Shown: positions 31,931-40,988, counted from the first letter of the stretch. The stretch: 64,000 bases of DNA from Terriglobia bacterium (GCA_963801595.1 CAWDFW010000026.1:18695-82694), one strand, 5' to 3'. A program made the numbers and translations. The notes: generated by a model not told the origin, from the letters alone.

Positions 31931-32794
31931 TTAGTTTCGCTCTTCTGGTTCGGGTTTGCGGCTGACGATTTGAGATCCCTTTGCGGATGGTCTCGGCCAG
32001 GAGCCACGAGACAAGACACGGTCCACGGCATCCTCCACCATTACCAGGAAGTCGCTCCCTCCCGGGTGAGCCGACGCGACCAATGCCATATTCAAGGCGT
32101 TAAGCTGGGGAGCCACCTCAATCTCCGGTATCGAGTCGCTCTGACGCCTGAGGTAGAGAATCCAGAGAAGAGTCACTGCATTGTAGGCTGCACTCTTCAT
32201 TAGGCTGACGATCGCAATCGGGCCGTCCCCGTAATGCATCACGAGGCTGACCGCGATCAGCTCGATGCTGGCAAAAACTCCGAATCCCAGCGCGATGCCG
32301 AATACGTGTTGCCGGAAGTAATTTCTGAGCAGGCGACAAAGAACCATCAAAAGGAGGAAAAGCCCACACTGCATGATGCGCACGCTGCGGTCAAAGGCCA
32401 GCACCGCCGATACCACCCTGTCTGCACTTGCTTGCTGGCTGGAGAAGGCATTCACAATTGAAAGCAGGAGGAGCAATCCGCAGGCCCATCGGAAGATGAT
32501 GGATCCCAAATTCTGAATCCCCCCATACTGCTGGAAGAGATGGTGCAGTATCTCATCCATCACCGTGGCCGCCAGCACCACGCTTATGGCGTTCCCAGCC
32601 CAGTACACGTCGAAGTAGCTTCCCTCGTAGTACCGGTAGATGACGAACAAGAATCCGGACTTGATAATCTGAAAGAGGATGTAGGTAAAGAATCGTGGAA
32701 AAACTACGTGCAGTCTGCGCCGGACCATGAAGGTGAGAAGGGTGATTTGCAGCGCCGGTCCCACGAGCCAGCTTGCGTACATGAGCCAGTTCAT
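31931..32794 (-). CDS. Polytopic membrane protein (about 7 TM), unknown family
   Basis: 287-aa intact ORF with repeated hydrophobic helices (LVGPALQITLLTFMV, FFTYILFQIIKSGFLFVIY, AISVVLAATVM, IIFRWACGLLLLLSIV, CGLFLLLMVLC, GIALGFGVFASIELIAVSLV, AAYNAVTLLWILYL) and a soluble C-terminal tail. Confidence 0.65.
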   Translation of the reverse strand: MNWLMYASWLVGPALQITLLTFMVRRRLHVVFPRFFTYILFQIIKSGFLFVIYRYYEGSYFDVYWAGNAISVVLAATVMDEILHHLFQQYGGIQNLGSIIFRWACGLLLLLSIVNAFSSQQASADRVVSAVLAFDRSVRIMQCGLFLLLMVLCRLLRNYFRQHVFGIALGFGVFASIELIAVSLVMHYGDGPIAIVSLMKSAAYNAVTLLWILYLRRQSDSIPEIEVAPQLNALNMALVASAHPGGSDFLVMVEDAVDRVLSRGSWPRPSAKGSQIVSRKPEPEERN

Positions 32795-32897
32795 CGCTTC
32801 TGCACCTGAAGGCCAAAAGCATACCTCTCCCTCGGCAGCCGTGCAACCCTTTTGTCCTCGCCGCCCGACTCGTCGCCTTCTGGATATCGTCCCTTAT

Positions 32898-33074
32898 CTA
32901 GTGCAGTGTCTTCCTTCCACGGTGAAAGGGCATGGGGTCGGTACCATCGGCAATTAATACTGCCCGTTCTGTTCGAACAACAGCATTGCCGACCGGGGCA
33001 GACGTCTTTGGAATGGCGCAATACATCCCAGCCAGCGCCAAAGCGGTTAACACGATTTCTACTGATTTGTTCAT
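32898..33074 (-). CDS. Candidate small exported peptide (58 aa)
   Basis: Hand-read ORF below the track cutoff: MNKSVEIVLTALALAGMYCAIPKTSAPVGNAVVRTERAVLIADGTDPMPFHRGRKTLH. GGAGG lies 10 nt upstream of the ATG and the N-terminus looks like a signal peptide. First gene of the four-gene minus-strand string. Confidence 0.3.
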   Translation of the reverse strand: MNKSVEIVLTALALAGMYCAIPKTSAPVGNAVVRTERAVLIADGTDPMPFHRGRKTLH

Positions 33075-33250
33075 GGGGAGGGCCTCCGAGGGAAATTTCG
33101 GACTGGCGGAGTATATGCCTTGCGGTGGGTCTGTGGGCGATTACGACCTGTGGATAACCGCCACTTTAATCGGCCTCAAGACGTGAAGGGAAGGAGTAAA
33201 CCGCCGGTGAGAGCACTCTGCGAGTAACACTTTGGGAAGGTGTTACCGAG

Positions 33251-35470
33251 TTACCCTGGCGGCGGCTGCAACCCGTGTTGGAAGTGATACTGCAAAATCT
33301 TCGCTGCCAGTGCCGGGTTCATCGTGGGTTGCCTGGGTTCCAGGGCCCGGACAACCTCGCCACGGCAGATGACTTCGGCTGCCGACAAACCTGCGATTTC
33401 CACGGGTAGCACGATGCTGATCTCGAGCATGGCATTGGGTGAAACCATCTCCTCCGCCCGGAACAACATTCCCGAACGGCTTATGTTTTCAGTGGTGCCT
33501 TTGCGCCAGTTGCCTTCGCCAACCAGCCGATATTTCAGCGGCAAATGAAGATTGAAGCGTTGCGCCCTGGTGAGACGGGAGAGCTTCTCCCGCACCTTGG
33601 CTTTGAGAGCGGGGAGGGTAAACGGCTTCTGGAGCAGCGTGATGCCTTCTTCCAGAATGCCGTCATGGGCGATGGCATTCTCGCTGTAGCCCGACATGTA
33701 AAGCACTCTCATCTCGGGCCGCAACGTATACAGGCGGTGGGCCAATTCGCGCCCATTCATCCCCGGCAGAATGACGTCGGTCAATAGCAGGTGGATGGTA
33801 GCTAAGTGCGCTTTGGAAATTTCAATCGCTGCGGCGCCGTCTGCGGCCTCCAGCACCGTGTAGCCCTGGTTCTCCAGATACTGGTGGACAAGGTGGCGGA
33901 GGGTGCTTTCGTCCTCGACCAGCAGAATCGTTTCCACTGCCTGCTCGCGTTTGGTGGGTACAACCACAGGTTTGGCGAGTGCAGCCGCGGGCTGGGCGGC
34001 AGTTGCTTCTCCGGTTGCACTTACGCGCGGCAGGTAAATCTTGAACGAGGTGCCCTTGCCGGGTTCGCTATGGACCCAGATGTAGCCTCCACTCTGCTTG
34101 ATGATGCCGTAAACCGTGGAGAGCCCAAGTCCGGTTCCCTTCAGCCCTTTCGTAGTGAAGAAGGGTTCGAAGATGTGCGACTGGGTTTCTGCGTCGATGC
34201 CCACGCCGGTATCGCTGATGGCCAGCATGACGTATTCCCCGGGCTTTACCGGGACGTGCAAGCGGGCATACTCTTCGTCGAGCGTGACGTTCGCGGTCTC
34301 GATAGTAAGCTTGCCGCCGTGAGGCATCGCGTCCCGCGCATTCACGGCGAGGTTCATGATGACCTGCTCGATCTGGCCAGGATCGGCGTTCGCGCCGCCA
34401 ATTTCCGCACCCGGAACCATAATCAGCTCGATATCCTCGCCGATCATGCGGGTAAGCATCTTGAGGTTCTCGGTCACGATGGCATTTAAATTCACCACCG
34501 TTGGCGCCAGCATCTGCTTGCGGCTGAAGGCCAGCAACTGTCGTATCAGGGCAGCGGCACGATCGCCGGCATTGGCAATCTCCTGGACCGATCCGCGAAG
34601 CGCCGCGTCGGAACCAATGCGCTCCAGCAGGAACTCGCAATACCCGGACATCACCATGAGCAGATTATTAAAATCGTGCGCGATGCCTCCTGCGAGACGG
34701 CCCACTGCTTCCATCTTTTGCGCCTGGCGAAGCTGCTGTTCAAGGGCACGACGCTCAGTTACGTCTTCGGTGAAGAGTTCGAAGAAGATGGCATTGCGTT
34801 CGCCGCGTATGGCACGTCCGGAAAGGCGGACGATGACGGAACTCCCATCCTTTCGCATCCACTCCGCCACCAGCCCGTGAAATCGCGTTAGAGAGCGAAG
34901 GTAGTCGGCGAGATCGAACCACTGCTCAGTATCTTTATAGAGATTCGCCAGATTGCGGCCTACAAGTTCGGAGCTCAAGGCGTAGCCCAGAGTTGTGACC
35001 AGCGCAGGGTTGACATCGAGCAGAATGCCCGTAGAGTCGCAACGGCAGATGCCATACGGAGCATTCGTCACCAGCGAGCGGAGGTTGCTTTCCGAATAGC
35101 GTAGCCCTTCCTGGGCTGAGCGCAGCGCGGCATTGAACCAGCAAATGAGCAACGCCACGAACACAAACAACGTGAGATGTATGACGGCTTTGCGATAGTC
35201 AGCGGGAACGCGTGCGGCTGCCAGTGAAAAATACGCGCTCACGGTCAAAGCGAACGACGTGGCCGCCAGGCCGGGCTTCCAGCCGCCATACCAGGCGCTG
35301 ACCATTATGGCGACGGCAAAGACCACGAGCCGGCTTTCGACCACATCGGAGATCAGCAATGCCGGAATCAGCGCAAGAATGATGCTAAGAACAGCAACTC
35401 CGTAGCGCAGGATCGGGGCCCGGGCCGGAGCGATATAGCGTCTGCGAAGAAGGGGGAGTTCCAGTCGCAT
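33251..35470 (-). CDS. Hybrid sensor histidine kinase: membrane N-terminus, PAS, HisKA, HATPase_c, receiver, C-terminal PilZ-like domain
   Basis: Intact 739 aa with 3-4 N-terminal TM helices. PAS (LRSLVTNAPYGICRCDSTGILLDVNPA), H-box GGIAHDFNNLL, ATPase N/G boxes (NLAVNARDAM, DTGVGID, GTGLGLS), REC (ILLVEDE..LLLTDVILPGMNG), then RFNLHLPLKYRL..GTTENISRSGMLF..CRGEVVRA. Confidence 0.9.
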   Translation of the reverse strand: MRLELPLLRRRYIAPARAPILRYGVAVLSIILALIPALLISDVVESRLVVFAVAIMVSAWYGGWKPGLAATSFALTVSAYFSLAAARVPADYRKAVIHLTLFVFVALLICWFNAALRSAQEGLRYSESNLRSLVTNAPYGICRCDSTGILLDVNPALVTTLGYALSSELVGRNLANLYKDTEQWFDLADYLRSLTRFHGLVAEWMRKDGSSVIVRLSGRAIRGERNAIFFELFTEDVTERRALEQQLRQAQKMEAVGRLAGGIAHDFNNLLMVMSGYCEFLLERIGSDAALRGSVQEIANAGDRAAALIRQLLAFSRKQMLAPTVVNLNAIVTENLKMLTRMIGEDIELIMVPGAEIGGANADPGQIEQVIMNLAVNARDAMPHGGKLTIETANVTLDEEYARLHVPVKPGEYVMLAISDTGVGIDAETQSHIFEPFFTTKGLKGTGLGLSTVYGIIKQSGGYIWVHSEPGKGTSFKIYLPRVSATGEATAAQPAAALAKPVVVPTKREQAVETILLVEDESTLRHLVHQYLENQGYTVLEAADGAAAIEISKAHLATIHLLLTDVILPGMNGRELAHRLYTLRPEMRVLYMSGYSENAIAHDGILEEGITLLQKPFTLPALKAKVREKLSRLTRAQRFNLHLPLKYRLVGEGNWRKGTTENISRSGMLFRAEEMVSPNAMLEISIVLPVEIAGLSAAEVICRGEVVRALEPRQPTMNPALAAKILQYHFQHGLQPPPG

Positions 35471-35520
35471 ACGGGGTCACTCCTATTGCTCCCAGCTAGA
35501 ACCGTGAATCACCTGGTTGG

Positions 35521-35856
35521 TTAGTTGCCGAAGTTGGCGGAGTTGGGCAAATGACGGAATTTCCACTCGCCGGTTGTGTCATCAAAGAACGTGCTGCCAT
35601 TGCTGCGTTGCCGGATGTTCCAGGCGAAGAGGCGTTGGTGGAAGTCTGAAGTGGGCGCAATACCGGCGTTGAGCATCTCGATGCTGAGATCTTGCCGTTC
35701 ACAACAGTAGGAGGGTTGTCCTTCAAAGCGTGGTAATTCTAGCGAGCGACCGCGCATGTAGCAACCCAGATTTTTCAGTTCATCACCGCGCCGGGAGGCG
35801 TCGGTTCCAGCCCTTGGGATGGCACTCATAAACTGCCGGTGAGGAAAGACATACAC
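35521..35856 (-). CDS. Hypothetical protein (up to 111 aa) between the CHASE3 gene and the hybrid kinase
   Basis: ORF only; no motif recognised and the start is uncertain (GTG 35856 or ATG 35829). Confidence 0.35.
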   Translation of the reverse strand: MYVFPHRQFMSAIPRAGTDASRRGDELKNLGCYMRGRSLELPRFEGQPSYCCERQDLSIEMLNAGIAPTSDFHQRLFAWNIRQRSNGSTFFDDTTGEWKFRHLPNSANFGN

Positions 35857-35931
35857 CCAGACGATTGGGAAATAAGTGGGCGACGCGTCAGTGGAACGCT
35901 GAAGCCCCGCTACCAGCCCGGGCGACAGTTG

Positions 35932-37036
35932 CTAGGCTGCCTTGTCATCGCTGCTACGGCCTGGGCTGGCAACCAGATCCTGGCGAAGCTGCTCCATTTG
36001 TATGGATGCTTCCTTTATCTGCTCAGCATATTCGTGGCCTTGCCGCGGTAGAAATCCACCGTAGTTGTCGATCAGCAGGCGGGCGTTTGCCTCGATGGCG
36101 GAGGTCTTTGATCGGGCTTGATTGGAAAGCGCAAACGTCAGTTTCTCCAGCTGCAGATCGCGGACCGCCAGCGCTTGTTTGCTCTTGGCAGTTTCCTGTT
36201 CAAGCACTTGCCCGTGGTAGCGGACGAGTCCAAACAGACATGCTGTCAATACGACCAGACATAAATTGGCAACAATGGTTTCCACCAATGCCTTGCTTAA
36301 AGTCGTATTCCTCTCTCTATCGAGTCTGCCAAAATTGTTTGCCTCCGCCACAGATAACGAAGACAGAAGCCCGCGAGCTCGATCCATGTACTCCATGCCT
36401 TCGTTTGAATCCACCAGCATGAATGCGCGATGGCGATATCCCTGTTGGCGCAAAGTAATGGAGCGCTCCATCTCAGCCTGTTTTGAGGTAGCCAAAGACT
36501 CGAGTTCCGACACCTGCGACCGTTCGCTCTCCGCCCGATTAGCGAGCCCTGCACGAAGGTCGGCAAGATCGGCTCCCGATCCTGCCCTTCGCGTCGGTAT
36601 AGGGTTGCAAGTACGAAGAGTCTCCGGTTAGCAGATATCCGCGCTGACCTGTTTCCATATCGGTCAGGTCTTTCAGAACAGTGGAAATGTCCGCCTGGAT
36701 CGTCGAGCTTTCCAGGGTGCGCGCCGCAATGTGTTGCATCTGTTTTAAGTGGTTGACCGCAAGATACGCATTCCATGCCATGAAAGCGAGGAGCGCGGGG
36801 GCCCCGATTTGCAGCAAAGCTTTTCGGATCATCTTATGTGTGCCATCCTTCACGTGATGTTCAGAACGCCCTCGGCCGTGATTCGACTGGCTTTGCAAAT
36901 CTCTGCCGCAACCTTTGACCACTGCGTCGCTCCGGTGGACCGGTCCTTCTGCTGACATCACCGAACTGGCAGCCACGGTGAAGAGCAGAGCGTCCTCCTG
37001 CTTGTCGAAGTAAAGCACTACCTGATTCGCGGACAT
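35932..37036 (-). CDS. CHASE3-domain membrane protein with degenerate DHp (His replaced by Asn) and no ATPase domain; one frame switch at ccc 36575-36577
   Basis: ATG 37036 is preceded by AGGAGG. TM1 ALLQIGAPALLAFMAWNAYL, then CHASE3 signature LTDMETGQRGYLLTGDSSYLQPY, then TM2 VETIVANLCLVVLTACLFGLV, a coiled coil, and FALSNQARSKTSAIEANARLL, which aligns to the H-box SHELRTPLTAI with N in place of H. Ends 55 aa later. Confidence 0.75.
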
Positions 37037-37235
37037 TGCGCGTACCTCCTACTGATGGTTCATGGGAATCATAGGCCGATTGCGCCATAGGAATGAGGTT
37101 ATCTCTCTTGGTGCGCCTCATTGTCGGCACTCCAGGAGGTCGGCTCGTCAACCGACGCAAGACCGTTTGAACTAAGCCGCTAGCGCGGCAGACGCTACAG
37201 CGTGGTCGTCGCCAGCATTGTTGCCCGTGTAAGGT

Positions 37236-38150
37236 TTGGGTCACAAGGAGGTTACTGTGACCCGACTCAGGAAGCTGATGCTGGACGAGCTCCAGCGTCG
37301 CAACTACGCCCAGAACACCGTCCGTGCCTATATCCACGCCATAGAGGATTTCGCGAAGTACTTCCACCGTTCGCCAGATCGCCTCGGCCCAGAACATATT
37401 CGCGAGTACCAGGTTCACCTGTTTCGCGACTGCAAACTCTCGGCGGGGACCATCGAAGGCCGCACCGCTGCTCTGCGTTTTCTCTTCGTCAAGACACTCC
37501 GACGGCCCTATCTTCCCGATCACATTCCGTTTCCCAAGCGTCAGAGGCGGATGCCCACGGTACTGAGTCAGGAAGAGGTGGCGCGACTCATTGCTTCCGC
37601 TCGAAACCTGATGCACCGCACCATGCTGATGATGCTGTATGCGACCGGCCTGCGCCGAGCTGAACTATGCCACCTCAAGGTCTGCGATATCGACAGCGAA
37701 CGCATGGTCATTCATGTTCGCCAGGGCAAGGGCGGCCGTGACCGCGATGTCCTGTTGACCCCGAAGCTGCTGGAGACCCTGCGCGAGTACTGGCGCTGGA
37801 TGAAACCAAAAACATATCTATTCCCCGGCACGGTCAACAACTGGCGGGCCGATGTACCCATCACGGAGAAGATTGTCTGGACTGCCGTGGCCGAGGCCGC
37901 GAAGCATGCTGGGGTGAGCAAGCATGTGTCTCCGCACACGCTCAGGCACAGTTTCGCTACTCACATGCTCGAAGCCGGCGCCGATCTGCGCACGATCCAG
38001 GTTCTGCTGGGTCATGCCAAGCTCGCCGACACCACTGTCTACCTGCACTTGTCCCGGCGTCATCTGCAGGCAGTTCCCAGTCCGCTGGAAACCATCGAGG
38101 TGTCTAGTCCCGACCAGGTGAAGCGTTCCAGGAGGCTGATCAAGCGATGA
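37236..38150 (+). CDS. Tyrosine site-specific recombinase (phage integrase family)
   Basis: SAM-like N-domain (RNYAQNTVRAYIHAIEDFAKYF). Catalytic motifs ATGLRRAEL, HTLRHSFATHMLEAG, LLGHAKLADTTVYLH. The likely start is GTG 37257, after AGGAGG at 37246-37251. Confidence 0.9.
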   Translation: MGHKEVTVTRLRKLMLDELQRRNYAQNTVRAYIHAIEDFAKYFHRSPDRLGPEHIREYQVHLFRDCKLSAGTIEGRTAALRFLFVKTLRRPYLPDHIPFPKRQRRMPTVLSQEEVARLIASARNLMHRTMLMMLYATGLRRAELCHLKVCDIDSERMVIHVRQGKGGRDRDVLLTPKLLETLREYWRWMKPKTYLFPGTVNNWRADVPITEKIVWTAVAEAAKHAGVSKHVSPHTLRHSFATHMLEAGADLRTIQVLLGHAKLADTTVYLHLSRRHLQAVPSPLETIEVSSPDQVKRSRRLIKR

Positions 38151-39332
38151 GTCGGCCCACCCTTGAGGTGGCCGATATCGTCCGAGCAGCAGGAAACAGA
38201 TTCTGGGAGCATCACGGATCACATCTTGCATGGCAGCATCGCAAGGTGCTCGATGCCATCGTCCGATGTCGAACTGCGGCGTTGGGCGGTCATCGTGGAT
38301 CAGTGTGTGCGCTGCGGCCATCAGGCTATCTCGTACAACTCATGCCGAAACAGGCATTGTCCCCGATGCCAGGGAAACGCACGCTCCCGGTGGCTAGCCG
38401 AGCGCAGAGCGGAGCTGTTGCCCGTCTCGTACTTTCACATCGTCTTCACGCTGCCGCACGAACTCTCCGCTCTAGCCCTGCAGAACAAGCGACTGCTTTA
38501 CGATCTGCTGTTCCGGGCTAGCGCAGCGACGCTGCTCGAACTCGCCGGCGACCCGAAACATCTGGGTGCGAACATCGGGTTTCTTGGCGTGCTCCACACC
38601 TGGGGACAGAACCTTCACCATCATCCGCACATACACTACATTGTTCCTGCTGGCGGTCTTGCACCCGACGGTTCCCGATGGATCCCCTCCTCGAGACGAT
38701 TCTTTCTGCCCGTCGCCGCGCTGAGTCGCGTCTTCCGGGGAAAGTTCGCAGCCGGACTGAAGCAACTCTTTCTTCAGCGCAAGCTCCAGTTCCATGGCTC
38801 ACTCCAGAGTCTTGCTGAGCCCCGCCGATTCCACGCGTTCCTGCGACTCCTCTTCCGCGAAAACTGGGTGGTCTACGCCAAGCCACCCTTCGGAGGTCCC
38901 GAACATGTTCTGAACTATCTCGCCCGTTATACGCACCGCGTCGCCATCTCCAACCATCGACTGGTGGCTTTCCAGAATGATCGAGTTTCGTTTCGCTGGA
39001 AAGACTACGCACGGGGCGGTAAGCAGAAGATCATGGCGGTTTCCGCAGATGAGTTTCTGCGACGATTCTTGATCCACGTTCTCCCGAAAGGGTTGGTCCG
39101 CATCCGCCACTTCGGACTTTTCGCTAATCGCAGACGTGGCGATATGCTGTCACGCTGCCGCAATCTGCTCAGCGCGCACTGCTCAAAAGAGGCTGACACA
39201 ACATCCCATCTGCGCTGTCCGGTTTGCGCCGGTCCCATGTTCACCATTGAACGGCTGACCAATACCCAGCTTTATTTCCAATCGGCCCAGACCAGGCCTG
39301 ATTCCCAGAGGTGCAGCCTTGACTCCTCCTGA
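38147..39332 (+). CDS. IS91 family transposase (zinc-binding N-domain plus Y2 HUH-type core); one frame switch near 38290
   Basis: CRTAALGGH / CVRCGHQAISYNSCRNRHCPRCQ; YFHIVFTLPHEL; GVLHTWGQNLHHHPHIHYIVPAGG; YLARYTHRVAISNHRL. Fragments 38147-38521 and 38163-39332. Confidence 0.9.
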
Positions 39333-39821
39333 GATACCGATGGCGCAACTTGTTTCGATCAACGTCTGTTGTAGGTGTGTTCCAGCACGCCATGCCCTCG
39401 TCTGCTCACGCAGCGACGGATTCCCCCAAACACCACCCTTTCTGTCACAGGTCAAGACTCCAATGCGATGTTCAAGAACAACGCCGTCTCTCCCTTCGCC
39501 TCGGTTGCTTGCTTTAGACACGCCCTGCACCCGGTACGGACGGATTGAAATCCCATAGTCCACCGCGTCCGCCGCAAACGCCAGCGGCTCAGTTCAAACG
39601 ACCCTATCGAAACTGCCCCGACCACACGACCGCGCACCCCCACACTTCTTCTTTCGGGGCAGTCCCGATAGGGCCCTAACGTTTATAGGGACTGACCGAC
39701 GGAGGAACCGCGATTCTCTGCTTTCCCTTGCGACTCTGCCGGTTCCTGTCGACGAATCCCACCGGATTGAGCTAGATTCATAAAAACTCAGGTGCGGCTT
39801 GAGTTTATCGAGGAGACAACC

Positions 39822-40817
39822 ATGGGCAAAGAACTCTCACGGAGAAAGTTTCTTGAGCGAATTGGTTTGGGGACGGCGGCGGGCGCGAGTTTGTCGCTGC
39901 TCAAGGATGTTGCCGCCGCCAAGCCTGCCGTGGCGGGCCCGCTTCCCTCGCGCACTCTGGGGCGAACTGGCGCCACAGTTTCGATTCTGGCATTTGGATG
40001 CGGTAGCCGCTTCCTTATGTACCGGGACGAAGATAAGGCATTGGCCGCGCTGAACCGGGCCATTGATCTCGGCATTACCTACCTGGACACGGCCTATGCC
40101 TACGGCGACGGCGAGAGCGAATCGCGCGTCGGCCAGGCCATGACGATGCGTCGCAAGGAAGTTTGGCTGGCTACCAAGATTCCAGATCGCACCCGGGACG
40201 GATTCCTGCGGCGGCTGGAAGGCAGCCTGAAGCGGCTGCGGGTGGACCACGTGGACCTGGTCCACATTCACAGTCTGGGCCAGGCCGACGACCTGGCCAA
40301 GGTCGAGGCTCCCGATGGGGCGCTGAAGGGCGCACTCGAGGCGCGCGAACAGAAGATGGCGCGCTTCATCGGCATGACCAGTCACACCAATGGAGAAGTG
40401 GTGGCCCAGGCCATCCAGCGGCACGATCTCGACTGCGTGCAGATGGCCCTGAATGCCTCGCGCAACGGACGCTTTGAAGAGCTAGCCCTGCCCGCGGCCC
40501 GACAGAAGAACCTCGGGATTATTGCCATGAAGGTGACGGGGCAGGAATATCTATTGGGAAGCGGCTCCGGAAAAAGCGATATCAGCTCTTTGCTCCGCTA
40601 TTCGATGAGCTTGCCGGTAACCACCGCCGTGGTGGGAATGCCGCGTCTGGAAATGCTCGAACATAATATCGAAGTGGCGCGCGGTTTCTCGCCTCTGCCC
40701 GAGCAAGAGATGGAGCACCTCCGCCAGCAACTGACGCCCGCGCGCGCCGGAATGGAGAAGAGGCTCGTAGGACACCTGGACGGACCGACGGCGAACGCGG
40801 AAGCGTTTAGCGCCTGA
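39822..40817 (+). CDS. Aldo/keto reductase with twin-arginine signal peptide
   Basis: AGGAGA RBS followed by ATG 39822. MGKELSRRKFLERIGLGTAAGASLSLL (Tat), then LGRTGATVSILAFGC, YLDTAYAYGDGESE, VDLVHIHS. Intact. Confidence 0.88.
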   Translation: MGKELSRRKFLERIGLGTAAGASLSLLKDVAAAKPAVAGPLPSRTLGRTGATVSILAFGCGSRFLMYRDEDKALAALNRAIDLGITYLDTAYAYGDGESESRVGQAMTMRRKEVWLATKIPDRTRDGFLRRLEGSLKRLRVDHVDLVHIHSLGQADDLAKVEAPDGALKGALEAREQKMARFIGMTSHTNGEVVAQAIQRHDLDCVQMALNASRNGRFEELALPAARQKNLGIIAMKVTGQEYLLGSGSGKSDISSLLRYSMSLPVTTAVVGMPRLEMLEHNIEVARGFSPLPEQEMEHLRQQLTPARAGMEKRLVGHLDGPTANAEAFSA

Positions 40818-40872
40818 TTGGCGGGCGGTCCACCTTATATCTTGACGCTACGGACATAAACCTTGGGCTGCC

Positions 40873-40899
40873 CCACCCTTGCGTTTTTTGCAAGGGTGG
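40873..40899. repeat. Hairpin repeat ccacccttgc-gtttttt-gcaagggtgg
   Basis: Perfect 10-bp stem in the spacer between two convergent genes. Confidence 0.6.
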
Positions 40900-40988
40900 G
40901 AATCGCGGAGAGGACTCAGTCCCCGACTCACTCGCAAAAAGCGCGAATGAATGGCGCAGCCCGCGGGCCTCAACGTCCCCCCAGACCC

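Larger units (their letters stand above)
37236..39671 (+). mobile_element. IS91-family element carrying a tyrosine recombinase gene plus a Y2 transposase gene; ends not defined
   Basis: The two genes are coupled by an ATGA overlap (38147-38150). An imperfect 18-bp inverted repeat lies 270 bp after the transposase stop (39604-39621 / 39654-39671). The span given is the gene pair plus that hairpin. Confidence 0.55.

Noticed and set aside
38147-38521. Programmed ribosomal frameshift in the IS91 transposase, since some IS families use -1 frameshifting
   Set aside because: IS91-family transposases are single ORFs. The switch falls inside the conserved zinc-binding motif (AALGGH / CVRCGH) with no slippery heptamer, and frame switches are ubiquitous in this window.
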